A stretch of 64,000 nucleotides of DNA from Octopus sinensis (taxonomy: Eukaryota): assembly GCF_006345805.1 (NCBI RefSeq), contig NC_043006.1, positions 72,912,001 through 72,976,000 of the forward strand. The letters run 5' to 3'. Made by a program: the position numbers and the translations under genes. The first letter of the stretch is position 1. Each line of letters begins with the position of its first letter. The notes under the pieces were generated by a model. It was not told the origin of the DNA, made no database searches, and saw only the letters and a list, made by a program, of their open reading frames with translations. Shown one piece after another: positions 24,421 through 37,424 of this stretch.

Positions 24421-26109
24421 AACTATTATCCACAATATGTAGTAAAATAACACAAGAAAGAACTGCTTTGTGAGTGAAAAAAATTGTTGTATTCTTATGG
24501 ATGTAAGGATGGACATCAGAAGAAGAAACGGGTGAAAGGTGAGGTGGCAGGAAATGCTGTATGATTAAACTTAGTTGGTGGGTTACCAAGTTCATGTCCA
24601 CATTGTCTTCGCATTTCTAACTTAAGGCAAAAGTCTCAACATCCTATTTAGACTCAATCACTGTTGTGTTGGCATACAACATATGTAGCTACAGTCCTTA
24701 TCATGCTGAAACTCTTATTGTTGTTACTAGTTAGTTAATCAAATTAAGTGGTTTGCTTGATGTTTTGGTGGTGGTGTTCACATTTTTATTAATTGTATTG
24801 TTGTTGTTTAGTTTCAAGCCAATCTCCATTGACCTAAAACCAAAAGCAGTTCATTCAACCATTAAAATATGCTGCCTAAAATAAGAGACAATCACATTAT
24901 CTCATAAGACTGTATTTATTTTAGATGGACTTGCTTATCTTGTTCTTAGTATTGCTGCTGTTGTTCATCATTAAAGAGTTGGTGGGTTAGTAATGGGAGT
25001 GGTTAAGTGTTGATAGGTGATGGAAGCGAAGGTTGATTTATATATCATCATCATCGTTTAACATCCATCTTCCATGCTAGTATGGGTGGGACTATATATA
25101 TATATGTATATATATATATATAGATAGATAGATCGATAGATAGTATGTGTATATATACATGGAGACAGACAGATTGGAAAATTAGACCCTCATTGTGACT
25201 CAAAATATACATAAGCATATGCATAAATATTCACAGTGAAAATTACTCAAACTCTGTAAGTACTTATTGTGAGGTGTACAGAAACACTTGCATATACACA
25301 AACCACACAGAGACATTTGAAGATATGTATCATGAGCAATACTATCATCTTAGCTAAAACATTGAGAAGTTGCTTTTTGGCTAAGATATATATATATGTA
25401 GCTTTTAAATTGTTAATATCTGAGTTTCTTTTAAAGGCAAAATTATAGACCAAACCTCAAAATTAGTGGTCATACTTCACAATTTCTGTAAGCGCAAAAT
25501 TTCATAACCTGAGGTAGCTGTAATGCAAGGGATGCCTCTGTGAGGTGTGTGTTTACATACGCACATATATACATATATATATATATACACATACACCTAT
25601 AAACATATATATATACACACCTATACAGATATACATACATGAGCATATATATGCAAAAATATATAGAAACATTCATACTCATCATCATCATCGTTTAACA
25701 TCCGCTTTCCATGCTAGCATGGGTTGGACAATTTGACTGAGGACTGGCAAACTAGATGGCTGCACCAGGCTCCAATCATGCATACACACACATGTGCATG
25801 CACACATGTACACACACGTGCACACACATGCACACATGTACACACACACATGGTTGCATGCATACACATGCACACACAAACACATACAGACATATGCATG
25901 CACACATACATACATGTATTTACATATATATATTTTTACATGTATGTTTAAAATAGGAGTAATTTATCACTAATTATGTTTCTGTGCTGCTGTATGCCAA
26001 GAAGAATATTGGTCTGAATTAATTAAAGGACTAAACTGCTAATTAAAATGTGTAAATTAATGAGCTGCTGGTTGGTAAAAAAAAATGTTTTTGTTTGTTT
26101 TTTGTTTTT

Positions 26110-26220
26110 TTAGCTAAGCGTCCCACTCCAGTTAATGGGGTTATAACGCAAAAGGTCTCTTTCGTGTTGCTTTTCAGAATTTTGCTGGTCCCGTGCTCTT
26201 CTCCATTTCTGTTCCATCAG
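26110..26220 (-). CDS. Last coding exon of the same gene (LMEQKWRRARDQQNSEKQHERDLLRYNPINWSGTLS*)
   Basis: Acceptor attttgcag|CTG at 26221-26223. Phase 0, 36 codons plus TAA, and it continues ...FRDQNKQ-LMEQKW naturally. Not present in the ORF track. Confidence 0.85.
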   Translation of the reverse strand: MMEQKWRRARDQQNSEKQHERDLLRYNPINWSGTLS

Positions 26221-27911
26221 CTGCAAAATGAAATAATTTTGGTTAGAAACTTTAGAAAAGAAATTTTTCTAAATTATTGACACCACCACCACCACCATCA
26301 TCATATCATCATCATCACCCTCCTCCTTCTCATCCTTGTTGTCGTCGTCCTCCTCCTCATCATCATCACAGTCATTATCATAGCCACCATTACAATCACC
26401 ATCACGTCCTTTCTACTACAGGCACAAGGCTTGAAATTTTGGGGGAGGGTCCTAGTTGATTAGATCGATTCCAGTGCATAACTGGGACTTATTTAATTGA
26501 CCTCAAACGGATGAAAGGCAAAGTCTACCTCGGCAGAATTTGAACTCAGAACATAGACAAGGGCGAAATACCGCTAGGCATTTCACCTGGTGTGCTAACG
26601 ATTCTGCCAGCTCGCTACCTACACTCACCATCACATCATCACCCTTCTCTTCCTCTTTATCATCATCAGTCATTATCACCATCATCATTACACTTGTCAT
26701 CCCTTCATCATAATCATCATCATCATCACTCTTACTATCCTCCTCCTCTTCCTCCTCACCATCATCATCAAGGTACCCGCTCGCAATACCTTGGTTGACA
26801 TAAGGTCGTGGCTGAAGACTTTCAGTTTGCAACTTTTTATCTTTCGCTTGTTTCAGTCATTAGACTGTGGCCATGCTGGAGCACAATCTTGAAGATTATC
26901 AATAATAATAATAATAATAATGATAATAATAAATTTGGTGGGGGACGGCTTTTGTAGGGCTTGCAAGGGTTCTTAAGGTACTTTTTAATATTCAACTTTT
27001 TCTCTAACTTTCACACTTTCTCTCTTGCTTATTCTTGCTCTCTTTCTCTCTTCTCTACATGCCCACAAACACACACACACTCTCTCTCTCCCTCTCTCTC
27101 TCTCTTATTCATCTTCTTTCTCTCTTCCACTCACTTTCACACTTTCTCTCATATATTCTTGCTCTCTCATTCTTACAGGTGTAGGAGTGGTTGTGTGGTA
27201 AGTAGCATGCTTACCAACCACATGGTTCTGAGTTCAGTCCCACTGCGTGGCACCTTGGGCAAGTGTCTTCTAGTATAGCCTCGGACCGGCCAAAGCCTTG
27301 TGAGTGGATTTGGTGGACGGAAACTGAAAGAAGCCTGTTATATATATATTTATGTGTGTGTTTGTGTGTCAGTGTTTCTCCTCCCAACATCGCTTGACAA
27401 CCGATGCTGGTGTGTTTGCGTCCCAGTAACTTAGTGGTTTGGCAAAAGAGACCGATAGAATAAGTACCCGGCTTACAAAGAATAAGTCCTGGGGTTGATT
27501 TGCTTGACTAAAGGCGGTGCTCCAGCATGGCCGCAGTCAAATGACTGAAACAAGTAAAAGAGTAACTTGTCAGCTCTCTATCTAGCTGTCTGCCTGCCTG
27601 TGTGTGTCTCTCTCTCTATTCTATGCCTCTCTACTTGTAAGTTGTCTTTCCATCCATCCATCCATCTCTCCCTCCTTCCTGCCATCTCTCCCTCTTTCTC
27701 CTAATAAATGCCTCTCTGCTTGTCTGCTATCTGTCTTTTCCTCCTACCCCTCTCTCTACCTCTCTCTCTTCCCTTTTTTACTGTATTCCTCTCTATTTGC
27801 CTCTTGTCTCCCTCCCTGCTGCTGTATTCCTGTATACCGGTGTGTTATTTGTCTGCCTGTCTCTCAAAGACCATGTTCATTCTCTTCAAAAGTATATTCA
27901 CATCTTGACTT

Positions 27912-28102
27912 TTACTCTCTCTCTCTCTCATACTTTTCCTCTCTCTTTTCCACTTTCTCTTTCCTCTCTCTTACTCTCTCTCTCATACTTTTCCTCTCTC
28001 TTTTCCACTTTCTCTTTTCTCTCTCTTACTCTCTCTCTCATACTTTTCCTCTCTCTTTTCCACTTTCTCCTTCCTCTCTCTTACTCTCTCTCTCTCTCTC
28101 TC
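27912..28102 (+). repeat. CT-rich minisatellite, ~55-bp period, about 3 copies
   Basis: TTACTCTCTCTC...CATACTTTTCCTCTCTCTTTTCCACTTTCTC is repeated. Confidence 0.8.
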
Positions 28103-28221
28103 TAAGACTATATTCAATCTCTTCAAAGCTATATATTTACATCTTGGCAAGTCTAATAATAAGATATCTTGGGTGGAGCCGACTGTTGAAGAGAAACAAA
28201 ATAGAAGAAAGTTTAACACAA

Positions 28222-28273
<52 letters not shown>

Positions 28274-29055
28274 GCGAGGGTAAACTATGGTGATTAACTT
28301 ACAACATGGCAAGGTGGATTTATGTTTAAATAGTGATAATGGTGGCGGCAGTGATGGTGTTGTTGTTGTTGTTGATGGTGGTGGTGGTGTTACAGAATGG
28401 TGGAGGTAGGTGGAGAGGGGAGAGGTATTCATAATGGAACTGAGTCAACTATGCCTCTAGACGTCAGAAGCTGGATAGTGTGTGTTTCAGTACCATCATC
28501 ATAGCCATTGTCGTCATCATAATCACCACCATCATCACCACTAAGATCACCACCATCAACATCATCATTGCCTTCATCAGCTTTGCTGCACTCATTATAT
28601 AAAGAGTAAAAAAAATCATCAACATCACCATCATCATCATCAGCATCTATAACACTATGTTACTCTCCAGTGAATTTGTCAAAGGATGGGTGATTGGAGA
28701 ACGCCAGTTGATCCCCAATCTGAAGATTTCCTTGGATGGCCTTAGTTGGAGTCTCTCCTCTATCAAGTGGACAGCTTCATCCATGTGTTCACATAGTTTG
28801 TATCCTGTCTTTTATCTTTTATCTTTTACTTGTTTCAGTCATTAGACTGTGGCCATGCTGGAGCACTGCCTTTTTTAGTTGAAATGAATTGATCTCAGCA
28901 CTTTTTCCTTTTAAGCCTGAGACTTATTTTATCGGGTCTTTCGCCAACCCACTTAGTTAAAGGGACATAAACACACCAACACCAGTTGACAAGTGGTGGT
29001 GGAGGACAAACACCGACTCAAAGACACACACAATTAGATACATATATAGATACAG

Positions 29056-29830
29056 ACTGGCAACTGAAACTGGCTGTGGACAAGTGTACCACCATGCATT
29101 TTGGGAGAAAAAACCCTGCATCCACATACTCCCTCCACAACACTGATATCAAGAAATCCTCTTGCGAGTGTGACCTAGGCATCACTGTCAGCAGTGATTT
29201 GCGTTGGACAAAGCATATCTCTAAAATTGTCAAGAAGGCCGAGGGTGTCTTGGCATCACTCAGCAAGACTTTTGTTAGCGCTCTCCAGCCACTATTTAAA
29301 ACTGTATACAGCTATGGTACGACCACACTTGGAATTCGCATCATCAGTTTGGAACCCCTATCTTGCTCAGAACATTGACCTCCTGGAATCTGTCCAGAGA
29401 CGTGCAACCAAACACATACCCTCCATCAGACACCTACCATATTCTGAGCGTCTTGTTCCCTGGGCATGGATTCACTGAAGCTCTGGCGTCTGGCGACGGA
29501 CTTGGTAAACACCCACAAAGTTATCAACCACCTCACCAACAACAACACTGAACACCTTTTTGATCTCCATGTGTCTAACACACGTGGACATGCCTACAAA
29601 GTCAGAAAACAACACAGCTCCCATGACTTTCGGAAACATTTTTTCACGCTCAGAGTTGCTGAAGCATGGAATAAACTGCCTGCGTCAGTTGTTGACTGCC
29701 ATGACACTGCATCCTTTAAGGCCCTCATGCTTTCCGAAATCCGCCGAAACTACACCTGATTATATATACACTTTAGATGAGTTGTAGTGCACCTGAGCAC
29801 TGTACACAATTATTATTATTATTATTATTA
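29056..29830 (+). mobile_element. 5'-truncated CR1/L2-group LINE (RT C-terminus and 3' tail)
   Basis: DWQLKLAVDKC...DLGITVSSDLRWTKHI...LYTAMVRPHLEFASSVWNP...LESVQRRATK...TRGH...FFTLRVAEAWNKLP across frameshifts, followed by an (ATT)n tail. Confidence 0.9.
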
Positions 29831-29886
29831 TAAATATACATATATATAAATATACTCAAATTACCTCTATTTAACCATCTCACATC

Positions 29887-30161
29887 GTCTCTGATGAAGG
29901 GATCATCATCATCATCATCGTTTAACGTCCGTTCTCCATGGACAGTTCGACCAGGGATCTGGGAAGCCAGAAGGCTGCACCAGGCTCCAGTCTGATCTGG
30001 CAATGTTTCTACAGCTGGATGCCCTTCCTAACGCCAACCACTCCGTGAGTGTAGTGGGTGCTTTTTACATGCCACCTGCACAGGTGCTAGGCGAGGCTGG
30101 CATCAGCCATGGTCGGATTGGTCCATTTTACGTGCCAATATCCCAGAAACAGCTGTAAGAC
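29887..30161 (+). ncRNA. Type-I hammerhead motif with a SINE inserted in loop II
   Basis: GTCT-CTGATGA-A-GGGAT-[~235-bp SINE]-ATCCC-A-GAAA-C-AGCT-G-TA-AGAC. Confidence 0.7.
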
Positions 30162-30372
30162 TATATCTATATCTTTTTCCTTATAAATGTCTTGAAAACT
30201 CCTCACAGCCTTGGCTTTGTTATCTCATTTTGTCCAATATATTATATGCATGCTAATACAAAACCCACTCCACACTTGCATCGAACCAAGAGTTTAACTG
30301 TGGTCTGTCCCTAGCACTTACTTAGCATTACCTGTCACTCTTTGGGTCTTCTAGATACCAGTACCTCTCATA

Positions 30373-30445
<73 letters not shown>

Positions 30446-31215
30446 GATGGACTTCTTTCAGTTTCTGTCTACCAAATCCACTCACAAAGTTTTGGTCACC
30501 CCAATGCTATAGTAGAACACACTTGGCCAAGGTGCCACACTGTGGGACTGAAACCACAAACATGCAGTTAGGAAGCAAACTTCTTACCACACAATCATGC
30601 CTGCATCTGTGTGTATTTCTTTTATCTCGAGCCCCCCCTTCACTCCCCACCTTTCCTCACCTTTCTTTGTAAACCACACACAAACTGTAAACTGTCCTTG
30701 TAATATCCACCCCCTCGTCAAACACCTCTGTAGCAAATAAAAGAGAGCATCTTTATCATTATAGCATTAGACTGGCAGAATAGGTGGTGCTTCCGACAAA
30801 ATTCCTTATGGTATATAGTTACAATTTTTTACGTTTTGGGTTCACATCCCTCTAAGTTTGATTTCGTCTTTCATCCCTCCTGAGATCAGTTATGTATGCC
30901 ACCAGTCAATGCAGCACTGGATTAACCATTAAGCAAAATAAAGTATGTGCTTAGGACATCAAGAAAAGGATGGGATACCACAGAAATGGTAAATGGTTTA
31001 CAGCACGAAAGAAATCACTTTAAAATTACTAAAATAATATTTGGGGTACCTTATCTCTACTGAGTATAGAAGCAGATGTATTTTGCAGTTAAAAATGTAG
31101 GAGAAATCTTTTCAAATATAAAGAGAAAGTATACAAAGATAAACATTATTTTTCATCTGACTGTTGGTTTTGTTTCATTTTGAAAAATAAAAATTTATTT
31201 TATGGTTTAGTTTTT

Positions 31216-31700
31216 GTGCCAGTGGCACATAAAAAGCACCATTTGAGCGTGATTGTTACCAGTGTCGCCTTACTGTCACGTGAAAAAACATTTGAGTGAG
31301 GTCGTTGCCAGTACCGCTGGACTGGCTCCTGTGCAGGTGACATGTAAAAAACACAATTTGAGCATGATTGTTACCAGTGTCGCCTTACTTGCACGTGAAA
31401 AAACATTTCAGCGAGGTCGTTGCCAGTACCGCTGGACTGGCTCCTGTGCAGGTGGCAATGTAAAAAACACCATTTGAGCATGGCTGTTGCCAGTACCACC
31501 TGACTGGCCGTCGTGCCGGTGGCACGTAAAAGCACCCACTACACTCTTGGAGTGGTTGGCGTTAAGAAGGGCATCCAGCTGTAGAAACTCTGCCAGATCA
31601 GATTGGAGTCTCATGCAGCCATCTGGTTCACCAGTCCTCAGTCAAATTGTCCAACTCATGCTAGCATGGAAAGCAGATGTTAAATGATGATGATGATGAT
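31216..31700 (+). mobile_element. SINE-like family D with (GAT)n tail and internal tandem units
   Basis: GGTGGCACGTAAAAGCACCC...AGAAGGGCATCCAGCTGTAGAAAC...GTTAAATGATGATGAT, with an internal ~116-bp duplication. Other copies at ~20751-20937, 29904-30137(-), 32075-32290, 38480-38668, 40851-41040(-), 52760-53030. Confidence 0.8.
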
Positions 31701-31918
31701 TTTGAATTAAAATCAATTGGAGGTTGAATTAGCTTGTTAAGGGATGGTATCATCCAAGGAATTACTGGTTTAATACCTAATATTTATTGGGAATTATAAT
31801 ATTTGTAAAATAATAGGTTTGTATATAAACCACGGTTTACAATCATTCAACTGAAAAATAAGAAAATGGAGATATAACATTTAATAAAAATTTATTATCT
31901 GTAAAAATCAAACATAGT

Positions 31919-32003
31919 CTCTTACAGCTGTTTCAATTAAGCCCAATAAGGATTAAATAAATATTATTAAAATCATTTTTGGGGACAAAATCTCTTCAGA
32001 GGG
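31919..32003 (-). ncRNA. Type-I hammerhead motif, intact core, sense to the host intron
   Basis: Minus strand: CCCT-CTGAAGA-GATTTTGTCC...GGGCTTAATT-GAAA-C-AGCT-G-TA-AGAG. Confidence 0.65.
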
Positions 32004-32466
32004 GTAGGAAAAGATATACCCTTAGGTTTTTTTATGTGTTGTATTTTAGAATCATCACAGCAACACTTGTGACAGTGCCACGTAAAAGCACCAGTGCAGT
32101 GCCATGTAGAAGCACATGTGTGGGGCCACGTAAATGCACCCTGCACACTCTGTAAAGTGGTTGGTGTTAGGAAGTGCATCAGGCTGTAGAAACCATGTCA
32201 AATCAGACTGGAGTCTGGTGTAGCCCTCCAGCTTGCCAGCTCTGGTCAAACTGTCCAACCCATGCAAGCAGGGACAATGGATGTTAAATGATAATGATGA
32301 ATGAAATGATGATGATGAGAGGGGCTACAGTAGTGGGGGAAGGAGAATTAAAAGTCTGAGAGGAAGGACAAGAACAGAAGAAGATTTTTGCTGTAGAGGA
32401 AGGAGCTATATGGATGCACACATTATAGAAGAGAGTATGGGAGTGGTCGGAGTGGCCACTCCAGCC

Positions 32467-33640
32467 ACTCTGGACCAGATAAGTACAGGGTGCAATATTA
32501 ATAAATGAATGACAAAAGAACTGAAGTGATATAATCACATTCATTAGCTTACAGCTGTTTTGGCTATAAAGACCTGTACACTCAGAGTTCAGTGTTAGTG
32601 TGATACCCAATGGCTTCAATAGTCTTAACACAAAGTATTTCTTTATTGGGGGAAGTGTTTCAGTATAATAATAATAGTGGTGAGGTGTCAGGGTGGAAGC
32701 TCAAAATACAAGGTGTGTAGGGATGGAGTCAGGAGAATGAATTGTGAGTGTGTAGAGGTTACAAGAGTGTGAGAGCGAAATAGTTTGAGATGGGAAATGG
32801 GTGATGGAAAGAAAATAATGAAGAGCTAGTGTTGAGGGATGAAAAGGGAATATAGGGGAAAGTAGGTGACAGTTGTAGAAAAATGGGTAAATCTGATGAG
32901 TAGATGTAGTGAATGGTGGCTAGGGAGTGACTGGTGACACAGCTGAGTTGGTGGGGGAGATAAGAGGGAAGATACTGGTCACATAAAGAGATGGGGGAAT
33001 GAAGAGCAGCACAATCATAATAATCTTTTCTACTCTAGGCAAAAGGGCTAAAAATTTTAGGGGGTTGGGGGTGACAGTCAATTAGATCAAACCCAGTATG
33101 CAACTGGTACTTAATTTATCGACCCCAAAAAGATGAAAGGCAAAGTTAATCTTGGCAGAATTTGAACTCAGAACGTAAAAACAGACAAAATACTGCTAAG
33201 CATTTCACCTGGTGTGCTAATGTTTCTGCCATCTTGCTGCACAGTCATAATAATAATGATGCAATAAACAAGGGAAGGATGAGAGGAAGAGATGGCATAT
33301 CATTGGGTAAGTTGCAAGTGTGTGTAGGGGGAAAAGTAAGCAAAGTGAACGGGGAAAGTGAGAGGTGTATGGTGGAGGGGAAGTAGAACACTAACCAGTT
33401 GCTAGAACAAAATATACAGTTTTAATAAACTGCAGCATTTTTAACTCTGGACCAGATAAGTACAGAGTATAATGTTAATAAATGAATGACAAAGGAACTG
33501 AAGTGATATAATCACATTCATTAGCTTACAGCTGTTTGGGCTATAAGGACCTGTACACTCAGAGTTCAGTGCTAGTGTGATACCCAATGGCTTCAATAGT
33601 CTTATCACAAAGTATTTCTTTATTGAGGGAAGTGTTTCAA
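32467..33640 (+). repeat. Direct duplication of ~195 bp (32467-32663 / 33444-33640) carrying a half hammerhead on the minus strand
   Basis: ACTCTGGACCAGATAAGTACAG...TTAGCTTACAGCTGTTT...GGAAGTGTTTCA is present twice. Confidence 0.8.
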
Positions 33641-33644
33641 TATT

Positions 33645-35075
33645 TAGATGCAAGCAAGCACAGGTGGTGTCCCTGTTCAACCTCACCAATGCCCTATCCA
33701 TGGAGCAAGCTGTACTCAGACCAACTAGGGCGAATAACATTTTGGATCTCTGCTTCATGAACAATATGGACATCATTCATGATGTGAAAGTGACACCGAC
33801 ATTAGTCTTGGATAACAACAGAATAGAGCTGTCTATGTTTGGGCTGAAAGTAGCCAGACATATACAGCCTAAAGGAAGCACTCGAAATCTCTCCAATCTG
33901 AACTTCCACAAAGCAGACTGGAAATTGATCCAAAAAGAGATCCTCAGACTGGACTGGCTGAAATGTCTCTCCACACCAGACATCGACATGAAACTAGAAT
34001 GTTTCATGTCTGTTGTGCAAGCCATATGCCAGAAATATATCCCAGAGCACTAGGCCAAAACAAATAGGAACAAGATTCCAAGGGAGAGGAAGATCCTCAT
34101 AAGACGATGGACAAAGGTTGCAAGTTGCCTCAACCAACATCCCAAAAGTAGCGAAATGTCCCACCTAAAAACAACACTGATGGAGATTGAAAAAAGGCTG
34201 CTACAATCCTATGTGAGGGAGAGAGCAAAGAAGCCTGGGTTATAAAAACATTAAGTCAAACCCAAAGGCCTTCTTTCATTAAACGAAAGAAACAGCCTCA
34301 GTACACTGCAAGATAGGATCCCTCTTCCAAAAGGATGGCTCCCTCACAGACAGTCCAACCAGAATCAGTGAGGTACTGAATGACGAGTTCAAAAGTTTCT
34401 TTACCACCCTGTTGGAACACAGACAAGTGAATGAACCAGTGAACTTCTTTGCCACTTCACCTATAACCAGCGAGGCAGTTACGATGGAATACATCAACAT
34501 TAGTGAAGAAGATATATTACTAGCCATAGATGAGGTAGACGCAAACTCAACTAGGGGTCCTGATAGTTTCCCAGCAATCCTCCTCAAATCGTGTAAGCGT
34601 GCCCTGGCAAAGCTTCTCCAGATTCTCTTCCTGAGCTTTCTTGCAAATGGCAGACTGCCAAGCAAGCTGAAGGAGGGAATAGTATGTCCAGTCCATAAAG
34701 AGGGAAGCAGAGCAGATGTCAAAAACTATAGGCCTATCTCTCTGACTTAACGCATCAGCAAAGTCATGGAATGGATAGTCAGGGGGAAACTAATTCCATT
34801 CCTTAAAAAAAATAACTTGCTGAGTGATACCCAGCATGGCTTTTGACCAGGTAGGAGCTGCCTGACTCAGCTCTTACAACATTATTACTGGGTGTTGAGC
34901 TGGGTGTTGAGGCAGTTACTCAACAACTCAAATGCGGACGTAATATACCTTGATTTTGCGAAAGCTTTTGAGAAAGTGGATCATGGTATGATATACCACA
35001 AACTATGTGATCTTGGCATAGCTGGGAGACTTGGAGAGTGGTTACATGACTTTCTGAAAGATAGAAGTCAGGCAG
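33645..35075 (+). mobile_element. Decayed CR1/L2-group LINE ORF2 segment (endonuclease end to RT N-terminus)
   Basis: PTRANNILDLCF...NFHKADW...GPDSFPAILLK...KNYRPISLT...QHGF...[16 protein letters not shown] with stops and frameshifts. Truncated by a TA/TG microsatellite. Confidence 0.9.
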
Positions 35076-35164
35076 TATATGTATGTGTGTGTGTGTGTGT
35101 CTGTATGTATGTATGTATGTATGCATGCATATATATATATATGTATATATATATGTGTGTGTCT

Positions 35165-35199
<35 letters not shown>

Positions 35200-35338
35200 C
35201 TTACACACACACATATTTATATATGTACACACACAAACATGTATATATATATATATATATAATATATATGTTATATATATATATATATATAGACATACAT
35301 ATATATATACATATATATATGTGTGTGTGTGTCTATAC

Positions 35339-35399
<61 letters not shown>

Positions 35400-35609
35400 C
35401 ACACACATACACACACACACACATACATATTTCTTAACTAGTAATGGTACACACAATGCATTTGACAAGATATAATCTTCAAATATAATGCAAACCAAAG
35501 CTTGGTTGCATTTTGAACTTAAGTTTCAGAATGTTGACCTGAGCTACATTTCAGGTTGTGTATACAAAATCATTTATACAAATAGATATGCATCATCATC
35601 ATCATAATG

Positions 35610-35768
35610 CAGTGGTTCCCAACTTATGGTGCAGGGACCCCTTCATGGTCCCTAAAGGTAGTACTAGAGGTCCATGAACATGTTAAGACCTTTCAATATC
35701 CTGGGGTCCATGGGAAATCTCGTCTAAATAAAAGGGGTCTTTGGAAGTGAAAAGGTTGCGAACCACTG
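35610..35768. mobile_element. hAT-type MITE
   Basis: CAGTGGTTCCCAAC / GTTGCGAACCACTG. Degenerate 8-bp TSD TCATAATG / TTTTAATG. Confidence 0.7.
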
Positions 35769-35841
35769 TTTTAATGTCTACTTTCTTATGCTTGTATGGG
35801 TGAGAAAGAGTTTATCAAGGCAGATTTTTTATGCATAGATA

Positions 35842-36035
35842 CAGTGGCATTTGGTGGGTGTTATATTGGGTGTACTGTCACACCTAATGTCACCAGCTTT
35901 CAAGTACGGATATAACAAAAGTTTTCCATACAGATTTCTGATTAAATTAATGAGTAAGGCTAATATTTATAATGGATTTGCCATTTTGGATGGGTGTGCA
36001 GCTCACACCTAGCACACTCTGAATATGTGTCACTG
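35842..36035. mobile_element. hAT-type MITE inserted in a SINE
   Basis: CAGTGGCA / TGTCACTG termini. 8-bp TSD CATAGATA / CCTAGATA. Confidence 0.65.
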
Positions 36036-36541
36036 CCTAGATACCTTTCTTGCTGCCAATTTTCACCTGTTTCCAAGCAAAGTTATATTTCCTCTATGGC
36101 CAAAAATGCTTTTGCAATATATTGGAAATGAATGACACTGCATGTCTGACAGTGACCCTCGTTTACAACTATTTCGCAATGTCAAAACAAGGACGACCGG
36201 AGAAATGGATAGACACACACACACACACACACAAGCTTCTTTCAGTTTCCACTTAACAAATCCAGTTGTGCTTAGAAGTGGGACTGAACTGAAAACCAAG
36301 TGGTTTGGAAGCAAGCCATTTTAACCACACAGCCACAACTGTACCTATTATAGAAAAATAAAAAAAGAAATAAGTGGAAGTTTTACCGGTGAGTGTGTTA
36401 AATTATAAGGCATTAACAGAGAATGACTCTTCCCAGACACAACAGAATATATATATATATAGGGAGAATTCACAAAAGATGAAGACAGGTGGTGTAGACA
36501 ACAAACAGATGTATTAGTATAACGCTCGGGAAGTGAAAAAG

Positions 36542-36579
36542 TCTTTAACATTTCGAGCCTATGCTCTTCTGCAGAAAGA
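36542..36579 (-). ncRNA. Very compact hammerhead-like motif in a (TA)n-flanked repeat (~36460-36622)
   Basis: Minus strand: TCTTT-CTGCAGA-A-GAGC-ATAG-GCTC-GAAA-TG-TT-AAAGA. The core is variant (CTGCAGA). Confidence 0.5.
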
Positions 36580-36621
36580 AACAAGGAGAGAAAATAAAGA
36601 ATGTGTAGAGGCTAGCGATCT

Positions 36622-37424
36622 ATACATATAAGATGGATGACCACTAAGTGGACATCTATTATGCTAGAAGTCAACCCCCCTATGGTCTTACCACTAAGAA
36701 AGGAATGTTCTCAAGAAAATTTAGCAAACGCCAGAACGTAAGTGAGCAAGACAAATGAAAAGATACAAAATATACAGATTAATCACAAACTCGGTTTCGT
36801 TGTTACCACTTACGTAATTACTTACGTAGATGTCTGCAGCTCGTTAGTGTGATCGTCATAGCAAAATATAATTTGCAGAACCATACACGAGTCGTCCGCA
36901 TGAGATTGAACATGTATATAGTTCTACCAATTATATTTGGGGTTATATTTCAAAAGTCTTCATTTTGGCGCGCCAAAATACCGGAAATAATTCTGCAGAA
37001 AATAATTCTCTGCAGTGAATTTTGCCGGTTAGAGAACATAATTATTTAAATTTAAAATAATAAGGGTGAAAAATTTAATATTAATTTGATTGATATCAAT
37101 TTGAAACCAGTGGTCTAGCATATAGAAAAATCTGAAGATTCAGAAAAATTATATTACATACATATAAGAGGGATGACCACTAAGTGGACATCCATTATGC
37201 TAGAATTTGACACTCTATGGTCTTACCACTAAGAAAGGAATGTTCTCAAGAAAATTTAGCAAACGCCAGACTTCTAGCATAATGGATGTCCACTCAGTGG
37301 TCATCCCTCTTATATGTATGTAATATTTTTCTGAATCTTCAGATTTTTCTATATGCTAGACCACTGGTTTCAAATTGATATTAATCAAATTAATATTCAA
37401 TTTTCCACCCTTATTATTTTAAAT
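36622..37424 (-). mobile_element. Penelope-like remnant with partial-tandem plus inverted pseudo-LTRs and an internal hammerhead (36782-36853)
   Basis: Direct repeat ~36622-36734 / ~37158-37270 and inverted repeat ~37050-37205 / 37272-37424. Minus-strand ATCACA-CTAACGA-GCTG...CAAC-GAAA-CCGAG-TT-TGTGAT. Confidence 0.7.

Noticed and set aside
27604-28432. 229-aa Ser/Leu-rich ORF and overlapping ORFs
   Set aside because: CT-rich minisatellite/low complexity with no splice or domain evidence.
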